This document shows positions 18,419-27,102 of a stretch of DNA of 37,214 nt, piece by piece; the first letter of the stretch is position 1; the number at the start of each line of letters is the position of its first letter. The notes under the pieces were generated by a model. It was not told the origin of the DNA, did no database searches, and was given only the letters and a program-made list of their open reading frames with translations. This DNA is from a bacterium (GTDB lineage Bacteria; UBP15; UBA6099; JAJRTR01), in NCBI GenBank assembly GCA_024278215.1, contig JAJRTR010000133.1, forward strand, positions 1 to 37,214. Direction: 5' to 3'. Both the position numbers and the translations under genes were made by a program.

Positions 18419-19330
18419 TTATTTGCTGACTTTAACTTTAAATCCGATCGATTCAAAACACTTCTTAAAGCTTTCAATATCTTCATCCCGCAGTTCCCCG
18501 AAATCTTTGTATGCCCCGCCCTGCCCTATCTTCTTATACTTTGTAGATGCCATCCTGTTATATGGCATAAAATGGACTTCGCCTTCATATCCGGCGCGTT
18601 TCAGGAGTTCGACAATACCGGCGGCGGACTCGCTATCCGTATTGAAACCCGGTATAAGCGGTATACGGGGCAGCACTTTCTCAACTCCGGCGCTTTTCAG
18701 CAACCGCTTGAAATTACGCTGTATCAGGTCCGTGGACACGCCTGTCATTTTCTTGTGCAATTCGGAGTCGGCATGTTTTATGTCGAAAAGAAAGAGGTCC
18801 ACCAGCCCGGTGAGTTCGCCGGCAAGGTTTTCTTTGAAAAATCCAGCCGTCTCTATCGCCGTATGAATACCCTTTTCTTTCATAAGCCTGAGCGTTGCAA
18901 TCAGGAACCCTGGCTGCATCGTCGCCTCTCCGCCTGAGAACGTCACACCGCCTCCGGAATTGTCGTAAAACGGCTTGTCTCTCAAAACCCGTTCAGTGAT
19001 TTCTTCAGGCGTTACTTCCTCGCCTATAAGTTCCGTCGCCCTGTTCGGGCATGCTGACGCGCATTTTCCGCATACGACACATCGCGCCGAGTCGCGAACG
19101 ACTTTTTTGTTTTTTAACTTTATTGCTTTTTCGGGACAGACCTTTACGCACTCGCCGCAGCCGACACAATTGTCTTCGAGATATCCGATCTGGAGTTTTG
19201 TTGATTGTGATTCCGGGTTATGGCACCACTTGCAAGTCAGAGGACAGCCCTTGAAAAAAACCAGTGTTCTTATCCCGGGTCCGTCGTATATCGCGTAGTA
19301 CTGTATGTCGAATATGAGTCCTTTTATCAT
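18419..19330 (-). CDS. Glycyl-radical enzyme activating enzyme (radical SAM) with a ferredoxin insert
   Basis: DGPGIRT.VF.KGCPLTCKWCHNPES, two CxxCxxCxxxCP motifs, GGGVTFSGGE, IETAG, DIKH and RIPLIPG. Confidence 0.93.
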   Translation of the reverse strand: MIKGLIFDIQYYAIYDGPGIRTLVFFKGCPLTCKWCHNPESQSTKLQIGYLEDNCVGCGECVKVCPEKAIKLKNKKVVRDSARCVVCGKCASACPNRATELIGEEVTPEEITERVLRDKPFYDNSGGGVTFSGGEATMQPGFLIATLRLMKEKGIHTAIETAGFFKENLAGELTGLVDLFLFDIKHADSELHKKMTGVSTDLIQRNFKRLLKSAGVEKVLPRIPLIPGFNTDSESAAGIVELLKRAGYEGEVHFMPYNRMASTKYKKIGQGGAYKDFGELRDEDIESFKKCFESIGFKVKVSK

Positions 19331-19398
19331 GCGTTTGCTCTTGTTTCCTGTGTGTTGCAGTCAATGATAATTCCTGTCGATATTTTATATTTCCTTAC

Positions 19399-19576
19399 GA
19401 GCCAACTGCAAAATCATGATTCTGCTGCGGTCGGCGGCTATTGCCCATAGCTGCGTTGTCGGCGCGAAATCGTCCTCGACGTACTCTACAAGTACGCCTG
19501 CGAGGATTTTACACCTCCGCCTTGCTCTGAACAATTTCGCTCGACCTCGCTACGAACATAATTATGCAATTGGCTC
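19399..19576 (-). mobile_element. MITE family A copy 2 (178 bp), target duplication TTAC
   Basis: GAGCCAACTGCAAAA...TGCAATTGGCTC; TTAC at 19395-19398 and 19577-19580. Confidence 0.88.
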
Positions 19577-19682
19577 TTACGTCTTTTCATCGCCGGCACG
19601 ACAGTAGTTACGGTAACGAAAAACTTCACAACCGGGCGCTTTGTCGATAGTAATGGTGCTCGCGTGGCGGCAAGACTTGAGT

Positions 19683-21638
19683 TCAGTCTATGATGTCTGC
19701 TTTTATGAATGAGACGTAGGCGAGTATGAAGAACAGGAACGCAAACCCGAAAAGAACTGTCAGATCAACCAGTGCATATCTAATTCTCTGCGCAAGGTCC
19801 ATTTGCTTGTAATTAAAGCGCGGGAAGTCGTCCATTTTGAATTCCGGTTCCCTGAAGGCACCGCCGAAGATCGAGTGTACGCGTTTGCTGTCGGGCATGT
19901 CGAACTTCGTGACGAGGAAATTGAGGAACTTCGACTGGTAGTCCCAGAGATATTGTTTCAGGTGTTTATCGCGTTCGATGCCTGTGTTTGCAAGGTCGGT
20001 AATCGCGTAGATGTATGCGGAAACCGGTGAGATGCGGGATATGTCTTTGGTGAGCGCCACCTGGCTGTCGATGTCGCGGGCGTATTTTTCTTCTTCTTCT
20101 TTGCTTATCTGGCTGCCTCGTTTGTTCATCATGATGAAGCTGCTGTACATGTCGTCGAAGAATTTTCCTTTTTCTTCATCCGAGAGGGACATGAACTTGC
20201 CCCAGAATTCATCCATTGTAACTTTATCCTTCTTTTTCGGTTCGGGCGCTTTCGCCTGAACAGTCTGTTGTTTGGGTTTTGCGGTTGTGCCGCCGCCCGA
20301 CTGCGCACTTGCAATAGCGGACGCCGAAGCGCCCGAGCGTTTCATTTCGATGAGTTTTGTTTTCTGCGATTCACATTCTTTAAGCAGCGTGTCTACATCT
20401 ATGTCGTAGCCGAAGTCGGTGGCCATTTTCTTTGCCTGGTCGAGAGTGACACCGTATTGTTTTTTGAGTTTTTTGCTGATCCAGCGTTCGCAGCCGCCGA
20501 GTTGTATTTCGCGCAGATCGCTGTCTGTTATCTCACCTGCCATTGATTCGAGAGAAGCCATGTCCATGCCTGCGGGCATACCCTGTGCCTGTGAGCCTCC
20601 GCCGGACGATGAGCTGCTGGATGATGATGACGCCGCCGCCGAGGCCTGCTGCTGCTTCTGGTCTTCGTCGCCGGTGTCTTCTTCGTCTTGGGTCATTCCG
20701 GAGAAGTCGATCTGGTCTACCGTGATGCCGGTGGCCTGTTCGAATGCTTTTATGGTCTCGCCGAGCAGATCGCTGATTGTGTTCCCCGTGCGGTATTTGA
20801 TCTGGCTCATTACAGAACTGTAGGAGTCGATGGGCTTAATCTTATCGACGATAAAGGGAACGGCATTGGGGATCATGAGAACGAAAATGACCCAGATAAA
20901 AAGGAGTATGGAGATGGAAGTCGAGCTGCGTTTCGACAAAACGGACACAAATATGCCGACGGAGTACATAACGCCGATGAAAACAAGTGAAATGATGACG
21001 GTCAGTATGTAGGCCAGCCACTCCTGTGTTTCGAAGCTTATTCGCGGGTTAAGCAGCACAATCAGAGTCGATATGACTGCGCCGGTTATGTAGGGGATGG
21101 CAAGGCTAACGTAGCCACCAGTCCATTTCGCAAGTATGATTTTGTCTCTTGGTATCGCGTAAGACATCAATAATTTCAGAGTGCCGCGTTCGCGTTCGCC
21201 GCACACCGCGTCGTAGCTGAAAACGAACGCGATGAGGCTCAACACGACGCTGATGACAAAAAGGGTGTCCACGACCGGAAAGAGCGGAAAAACGGGATTG
21301 ATGTTGAGTTCGCCCATAAATCTGGGTTTAAAGAAGGGGAGTATCATAGTCGAGCGGTTGGGGTTTTTCTCGACGCCGGTGTAAAAAATCTGGAGGGGGA
21401 CAGGCGGTCTGTCCGCGCCGATGCCCGAGAACATCAGTTCGAGATAATTATCTTTTGCAGCGGCCTGATCGAAGTGTGCTTTCAAGTTTTGTGTGTAGGA
21501 GTCGCGCTTGTTGGTGTAATCCTGCATGAGAACAATTGTGCTGATAATCATGATGAAGACGACAATTATCGAAGAAACCAGAAAGCGGAAACTAAGCAGA
21601 TTGTTGAGCAACTCCTTTTTTATAAGGTTCATTATCAT
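19683..21638 (-). CDS. ABC-2 type transporter permease with a large extracytoplasmic insertion
   Basis: IKKEL...L.SFRF, SYDAVCGERERGTLKLLMS..IPR..IILAKW.GG and SRISP motifs; paralog of 21678-23078; extra low-complexity/helical segment at about 20220-20700. Confidence 0.85.
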   Translation of the reverse strand: MIMNLIKKELLNNLLSFRFLVSSIIVVFIMIISTIVLMQDYTNKRDSYTQNLKAHFDQAAAKDNYLELMFSGIGADRPPVPLQIFYTGVEKNPNRSTMILPFFKPRFMGELNINPVFPLFPVVDTLFVISVVLSLIAFVFSYDAVCGERERGTLKLLMSYAIPRDKIILAKWTGGYVSLAIPYITGAVISTLIVLLNPRISFETQEWLAYILTVIISLVFIGVMYSVGIFVSVLSKRSSTSISILLFIWVIFVLMIPNAVPFIVDKIKPIDSYSSVMSQIKYRTGNTISDLLGETIKAFEQATGITVDQIDFSGMTQDEEDTGDEDQKQQQASAAASSSSSSSSSGGGSQAQGMPAGMDMASLESMAGEITDSDLREIQLGGCERWISKKLKKQYGVTLDQAKKMATDFGYDIDVDTLLKECESQKTKLIEMKRSGASASAIASAQSGGGTTAKPKQQTVQAKAPEPKKKDKVTMDEFWGKFMSLSDEEKGKFFDDMYSSFIMMNKRGSQISKEEEEKYARDIDSQVALTKDISRISPVSAYIYAITDLANTGIERDKHLKQYLWDYQSKFLNFLVTKFDMPDSKRVHSIFGGAFREPEFKMDDFPRFNYKQMDLAQRIRYALVDLTVLFGFAFLFFILAYVSFIKADIID

Positions 21639-21677
21639 GGTGTTTCAGACGCTCCCTCTTTTAAAGTAATAGCGCAG

Positions 21678-23078
21678 TTATTTAACGTCGTAATTCAGGA
21701 ATTTCACGAAAGCCAGAAGGAAAAGGACAATGAGGTAGGTCAGCAGCATACCAATGTCCCATATCGCATTCGAGATACTTGCGTCTATTGCAAGTTTTTT
21801 GTCCCTGAAGCTGGGGACCTTGTCCGTATTGATTTTTATGTACAGCATCGGGATAGGCTTGGATTTATCGCTTTTGAGAAATTTTTTCCTGGCCTCGCTT
21901 ACGTCGGCGCGGTATCTCAGCGCCTCGTCGCGAAGTTGCAGATAGTCTTCGACACCGGTACCGGCAATAGCTGATGAAGCAAAAAGGTAATTTGCGGAAG
22001 GTGAAATTCTGGCGATGTTCATTGCAAGCTTGATCTGCTTATCGAGTCCGCGCAACCAGCGGTCCTCGAGAGAACGAACTTTTTTGGGTATTTCCTCTTT
22101 GATTTTCCGACTTGCGGCGCGTTTGTCGGCATCCGATTTCTTGTTCCTCGCGTCTCGCTGCATCTGATCCTCGAGGCGGTCGACTTCACGTAGTATCTGG
22201 TCGGGTGTTTTCAGGGGAACAACCTGGCGCGCGATGACCGGCGCGAGATTGGGGATCACCAGCACGAAGATAACCCAGGCGAATATCGAAAGGATGAGCG
22301 AAGTCGATGCCTGTGCCGTGAATGTGGAGAAGACCATGCCTATCAGGAAGAATATACAGATATAAAGTGTCGCTACAGCCATGATCAACACAACTCTTGT
22401 GCCCGCTTCATCAGCGAAGGAAACATCGGGTCTTATCCACACAAGCAGAATTCCGATCATGAAAGAAGCAATAAAGGGTACAATGATCGAAAGAGTGCCT
22501 CCGATCCACTTGCCCACCAGAATAATATCGCGGGGCACTGCGTTTGTGAGCATCAGCTTGAGAGTCTGGTCTTCTTTTTCGCCCGAGATGGTGTCGAACG
22601 AATAGAGAAGCGCCAGCAGGCTCAGCACAATGTTCACAACATAGACGAAATCCGGAGCCATGAATAATGTGAAGATCGGGTTCGAGTACTTGCTGCCTTC
22701 AGGCATAATGCCCATGAGTTTGGAGGCGGAGTACATCATCGGAGCGTTTCTATCCTCATCGCTCAGCATCGACATGCCGGGAATCATGAAAGAACGGCTC
22801 ATCTGTTTTTCGAGTCCGATCGCGAAAATACCCAGCATGGCGGGTCGCGGGTCTTTCGTGACGCCGAAAGCCTCGAACTCGGGTCTTGTGCTGATCTTCT
22901 TGATGTCGTCCTCGTGCATTTCCACACTTGTCGAGAAGTCATCGAGCCGGCGCGAGTAATTCACAGCCATCATCTGCATGCTGCCGATAACGAGCAGGGC
23001 GAGTAGAGCCGTGGACACCATGAATCTGAAGCTTACCAGATTCAGAAGTATCTCTTTCCTTATAATTGTATACAGCAT
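21678..23078 (-). CDS. ABC-2 type transporter permease
   Basis: IRKEI...L.SFRF, SFDTISGEKEDQTLKLML...VPR..IL.GKW.GG, ARISP and a C-terminal KFLNYDVK. Confidence 0.87.
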   Translation of the reverse strand: MLYTIIRKEILLNLVSFRFMVSTALLALLVIGSMQMMAVNYSRRLDDFSTSVEMHEDDIKKISTRPEFEAFGVTKDPRPAMLGIFAIGLEKQMSRSFMIPGMSMLSDEDRNAPMMYSASKLMGIMPEGSKYSNPIFTLFMAPDFVYVVNIVLSLLALLYSFDTISGEKEDQTLKLMLTNAVPRDIILVGKWIGGTLSIIVPFIASFMIGILLVWIRPDVSFADEAGTRVVLIMAVATLYICIFFLIGMVFSTFTAQASTSLILSIFAWVIFVLVIPNLAPVIARQVVPLKTPDQILREVDRLEDQMQRDARNKKSDADKRAASRKIKEEIPKKVRSLEDRWLRGLDKQIKLAMNIARISPSANYLFASSAIAGTGVEDYLQLRDEALRYRADVSEARKKFLKSDKSKPIPMLYIKINTDKVPSFRDKKLAIDASISNAIWDIGMLLTYLIVLFLLAFVKFLNYDVK

Positions 23079-23123
23079 GATCGGTCTCCTGCTTAAGCAG
23101 CGCCCGGGGGCTGCCGCCTTGAA

Positions 23124-23873
23124 TTATTTTACGACTTTTCCGTGAGTTATATTCGATGAAATATATTTCAAATATAGTTTTTCAAGGTCTTCGTGTTCGA
23201 GTTCTTTGCGGTCGATAACGCGCACCAGATTACCGGAACTCATGATTCCGATGCGGTCCGCGATGTCTTTAGCCCTGAAGATGTCGTGGGTCGTCATGAG
23301 GATGCCCTTGCCCTCCTGGCGCAGTTCGTCGAGGATGCGCAGGAACTCCATGCCGCCCTTGGGGTCGAGTCCCGAAGTAGGTTCGTCCAGGAGTATCAGG
23401 TCTGTGTCTTTGAGGATGGCGATAGCGATGCCCAGGCGCTGGCGCATCCCTTTCGAGAATCCCTTGACACGCCGCTTGTGGGCCTCTTCGGCAAGTCCGG
23501 TTCGCAGAAGCACGCGGGAATACTCATCGTCGCTGACTTTTCTGCCGGCAAGCTTTGTGAAGAAGTCGAGATTCTGCCGGGCTGTGAAGTTGCCGTAAAG
23601 CTGCACGTTCTCAGAAACGTAAGCAACGTGTTTCTTTGCCGACAGCGGGTCTTTGTGTACATTGATGTCGCATATCTCGACAGTGCCGCTGGTCGGGTCG
23701 GTGAAGCCAAGCACGAGCATCAGTGTCGATGTTTTGCCCGCTCCGTTGGCACCCAGCATACAGAATATCTCACCGGCGTGTATGTCCAGGTTCAGTTTGT
23801 CGACTGCGAGAATCCCGTTGTCATAGCGTTTGACGAGTTCCTTGATCCTCAGTAATACCTTGCTGTTATCCAT
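23124..23873 (-). CDS. ABC transporter ATP-binding protein
   Basis: Walker A GANGAGKT, signature FSKGMRQR, Walker B LILLDEPTSGLDP and H-loop TTHD. Confidence 0.95.
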   Translation of the reverse strand: MDNSKVLLRIKELVKRYDNGILAVDKLNLDIHAGEIFCMLGANGAGKTSTLMLVLGFTDPTSGTVEICDINVHKDPLSAKKHVAYVSENVQLYGNFTARQNLDFFTKLAGRKVSDDEYSRVLLRTGLAEEAHKRRVKGFSKGMRQRLGIAIAILKDTDLILLDEPTSGLDPKGGMEFLRILDELRQEGKGILMTTHDIFRAKDIADRIGIMSSGNLVRVIDRKELEHEDLEKLYLKYISSNITHGKVVK

Positions 23874-23953
23874 TGGTATCTCCCGTTTATAATGGCAGGT
23901 ATGTTCATTTCAAAATAATCATATCAGAAATAATGTGATTTTTATAGTGATAC

Positions 23954-24131
23954 GAGGCAATTGCAAAATTCTGATTATGCTGCGGTCTGCTACTATTGTC
24001 CATAGCTGCGTTGTCGGCATAAAATCGTCCTCGACGTACTCTACAAGTACGTCTGCGAGGATTCTACACATCCGCCTTGCTCTGAACAATTTCGCTCGAC
24101 CTTGCTACGAATATAATTTTGCAATTGGCTC
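23954..24131 (-). mobile_element. MITE family A copy 3 (178 bp), no matching target duplication
   Basis: GAGGCAATTGCAAAATT...AATTTTGCAATTGGCTC; the flanks are ATAC and GTAA. Confidence 0.88.
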
Positions 24132-24278
24132 GTAACTTTACAGAATTTCTTTCGAGACTTCGCTCGAAAGAAAAGCCGGTACCCGGAGGTTGGAAATCAG
24201 GAGTCAGGAAAAGATCAAACATTTTTCGTACCGTTCACAGGAGTTGAAATCAGTTATAAACAACCTTGAAAACCCTGA

Positions 24279-24305
24279 AGATTCTTCGCTTCGCTCAGAA
24301 TTACA
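24279..24305. repeat. REP-like palindrome
   Basis: AGATTCTTCGCTTCGCTCAGAATTACA resembles the AGATTCTTCGCTTCGCTCAGAATGAC-type extragenic palindromes. A related hairpin TTTCTTTCGAGACTTCGCTCGAAAGAAA lies at about 24146-24173. Confidence 0.5.
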
Positions 24306-24422
24306 AAACGATGTGATGAGAAGTATTTTTTCTCTCCATTCTCATTTTCATCATTTCCCCTCTGCATTCATAAAAGCTTCTGTTCGCAAAGACTATACGA
24401 CGGCCCAACTGATACAATATAC

Positions 24423-25805
24423 TCACGAAATCGCCCTCAATACTGATATATAACCGCCACAGGCGCGAGTGTCACAGGGTAGAAATGTGACTCCGATTCC
24501 ATCGTGAATAAAAGCATCTGTCGAGAAGGGCAGTTTTGAAACTGTTTCCTTCGTTACATTCTCGAAAGCGCTGTGCGAATCAAGAAAATGTTCTATGAGA
24601 ACCTGATTTTCTTCAGGCAGGACCGAACATGTTGAATAGACAATCCGGCCGCCTGATCGTACATATCCGGCTGCGGCATCGAGAAGGCGGGCCTGCAAAT
24701 CACTCAATTGACGAACATCTTCTTCGGTTATTCGCATTTTAAGTTCAGGTTTTCTCCGCAATGTGCCCGAACCGGAGCACGGCGCGTCGAGCAGCACACA
24801 ATCGAATGTACCGAGATCATGCTTTTTCGCCATATCTCCACAGAAAATTTCTATATTATCATCGTCGATACCGAGCCTGTTGAATTCGGCTTTCAGCGCT
24901 TTCAGTTTATGCGCGTGTACATCCGATGCAGTGATTGAAGCGCACGGTGCCAGCTCCGCGAGCTGTGTGGTCTTGATTCCCGACCCGCAGCATAAGTCCA
25001 GGATTCTTTCTCCATCCCCGGGAGCGGCGAAATAAGCGATATACTGCGAACTCCGGTCCTGCGCCGTCATAAGTCCCGCATTGTATTCCTTTGCCGGGAA
25101 CGCACCGCTGCCCGGTGGGATGCAAACACAGAAAGGCGGCGAGTTCACCCTGTTAAAATTACAAATCCGCTCAGGCTTTTCACCTTTCAGTTCTTCTTTG
25201 TCCTTTATTGATATTTTTGTTCTGTTCATGCGAAAGAACGTGTCCTGCGGTGTATTGTTCGCTTCGAGAACAGCTTTCGTTTTTTTCATTCCATAAGTGC
25301 CGGCAAGTTTTTCGGTCAGCCATTCAGGGTGCGAATATTTCAAAGCAATCGCTTCGATTTCATTTTCAGCGCTTTTCAATAATACATCTATATCATCCGG
25401 AGCGACCTGTCTGAGGCAGGCATTCATGAATCCCGATTCTCTCCTGCCGCAAACGCCGCGCGCCATTTTCATGTACTCTGAAACAGAGGCATAGCCGGGT
25501 ACTTTGTCCATGAACAGCAACTCGTATGCCGCCATTCGCGCAAGCAGCAGTGCGCCGTGTGACAGTGTAAGTTTTTTCCTTTTTGATTTTGATTTAAGAA
25601 CTTCGTCTATGAGTCGGTGATTGCGCAGAACACCGTATATAAGATTTACAGCCGCCCGGTTGTCGTCCGGCGAAGCACCTTCGCTTTCGATTGTTTTTCG
25701 TGAGATAATATTTGAAAACGCGCCGCCGTATAATATTCGCCGCAACGCTTTGAACGCAATCTTTCTGCCATGATAATACACGCAGCCGGTAGCATCTTCA
25801 ACCAT
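24423..25805 (-). CDS. rsmB: 16S rRNA m5C967 methyltransferase RsmB/Sun
   Basis: NusB-like N-domain (YGVLR, YELLFM, NACLR), YSHPEW, QDRSSQ, LDLCCGSG.KT, DAPCSGSG.LRRKPE and YSTCS; overlaps the end of fmt. Confidence 0.92.
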   Translation of the reverse strand: MVEDATGCVYYHGRKIAFKALRRILYGGAFSNIISRKTIESEGASPDDNRAAVNLIYGVLRNHRLIDEVLKSKSKRKKLTLSHGALLLARMAAYELLFMDKVPGYASVSEYMKMARGVCGRRESGFMNACLRQVAPDDIDVLLKSAENEIEAIALKYSHPEWLTEKLAGTYGMKKTKAVLEANNTPQDTFFRMNRTKISIKDKEELKGEKPERICNFNRVNSPPFCVCIPPGSGAFPAKEYNAGLMTAQDRSSQYIAYFAAPGDGERILDLCCGSGIKTTQLAELAPCASITASDVHAHKLKALKAEFNRLGIDDDNIEIFCGDMAKKHDLGTFDCVLLDAPCSGSGTLRRKPELKMRITEEDVRQLSDLQARLLDAAAGYVRSGGRIVYSTCSVLPEENQVLIEHFLDSHSAFENVTKETVSKLPFSTDAFIHDGIGVTFLPCDTRACGGYISVLRAIS

Positions 25806-26736
25806 AGGAACCGAACACGTCGCCTTCTTTTATTGTATAGCCGCGAAGAAACGAATCCACCGACTGGCGTTTCCTGCCCTCGAGTTGCACTTCCCTGATA
25901 AGCAACGCGCCGCCGCCCGTGCTGACAAGTATTCCGTTCTCATCCGATTTCTGTACTGTACCGGGTATATCGTTGTCATCGGGAGCCGAGACCACATTTT
26001 CCGCTCGCCATATCTTAAGAAATTTTCCATTGTGAAACGTGAACGCGCTCGGCCATGGTGCACAGCCGCGAACTCGATTCCTGATATCAACAGCGTTCCG
26101 CGTCCAGTTTATTCGGCCATCCACCTTTTTCATCTTTCCGGAATATGTAGCTTTCGATTCGTCCTGCTTTATCGGAACGATTGAATCGAAGTCGGCAATA
26201 GAACGGACAGCAATCTCCCGCGCTGCCTGTGCAAGCCGGTCATGCAGCTCACCAGCCGTCTCGTCGTCGCCTATCTCAACTTCGACTTTGAGCAGTATGT
26301 CGCCTGTGTCCATGCCCTCGTCCATAATAAAAGTCGTTACGCCTGTTCTTTTTTCACCCTGTATGACCGCCTGATTTATGGGAGAAGCGCCTCGCAGCTT
26401 CGGCAGCAGCGACGCATGGATATTGATGCACGCCTTTCTCGGAATGTCGAGTATTTCCCTCTTAAGCAACTGCCCGAAAGCGGCGGTCAATATGAAATCC
26501 GGTTCGAGAGCAGCCAGTTCAGCCGCCGCGTCTGTAGCGGATTCGGGCTGAAAAACATTGATGCAATGCTCGAGAGCATAATTTTTAACAGGCGTTCGGA
26601 TCACCTTCTGACCGCGTCCTGCCGGTCTGTCCGGTCGGGTGACAATAGCGCAGACATCGAACTCGCGGCGCAAAGCGTCAAGCGCCGGCAATCCGAAATC
26701 GGGCGTTCCCATAAATATTATTTTCTGTTTAGCCAT
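25798..26736 (-). CDS. fmt: Methionyl-tRNA formyltransferase
   Basis: IIFMGTPDF, VTRPDRPAGRG, INIHASLLPKLRGASPI, MDEGMDTGD, RGCAPWP and VQLEGRK. Confidence 0.96.
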   Translation of the reverse strand: MAKQKIIFMGTPDFGLPALDALRREFDVCAIVTRPDRPAGRGQKVIRTPVKNYALEHCINVFQPESATDAAAELAALEPDFILTAAFGQLLKREILDIPRKACINIHASLLPKLRGASPINQAVIQGEKRTGVTTFIMDEGMDTGDILLKVEVEIGDDETAGELHDRLAQAAREIAVRSIADFDSIVPIKQDESKATYSGKMKKVDGRINWTRNAVDIRNRVRGCAPWPSAFTFHNGKFLKIWRAENVVSAPDDNDIPGTVQKSDENGILVSTGGGALLIREVQLEGRKRQSVDSFLRGYTIKEGDVFGSYG

Positions 26737-26832
26737 ATCATCGTTTTATCGTTTTGGAACTCTGACCCGTGACGCATGGCATAAGCGCTCCGCTTTCACA
26801 TAAAACTTCGAAAGATGAAAGTTGTCGCCTTT

Positions 26833-27010
26833 GAGCCAATTCCAAAATTCTGATTCTGCTGCGGTCGGCTGCTATTGTCCATAGCTGCGTTGTCGGCGCA
26901 AAATCGTCCTCGACGTACTCTACAAGTACGCCTGCGAGGATTTTACACCTCCGCCTTTCTCTGAACAATTTCGTTCGACCTCGCTACGAACATAATTGTG
27001 CAATTGGCTC
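26833..27010 (-). mobile_element. MITE family A copy 4 (178 bp), target duplication CTTT
   Basis: GAGCCAATTCCAAAATT...TGTGCAATTGGCTC; CTTT at 26829-26832 and 27011-27014. Confidence 0.88.
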
Positions 27011-27037
27011 CTTTGCCTTTGCGTTTCCGGAGCGGAT

Positions 27038-27062
27038 CGCATATTTCACCGATGCGGGTTAA
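27038..27062 (+). repeat. Family C hairpin repeat, copy 2
   Basis: CGCATATTTCACCGATGCGGGTTAA, just past the 3' end of the aroC-like gene. Confidence 0.7.
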
Positions 27063-27102
27063 TTATAATACTCCAATAAACAACACAGGTTCAGTCTGCA
27101 AT

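Noticed and set aside
19416-19607. Small ORFs over MITE copies (also 14259-14648, 23935-24135, 26738-26968, 32727-32933)
   Set aside because: They are translations of the repeat itself, with varying starts and stops and no sign of coding function.
24176-24210. tRNA-like fragment GGTACCCGGAGG
   Set aside because: No T-arm consensus or cloverleaf can be built.
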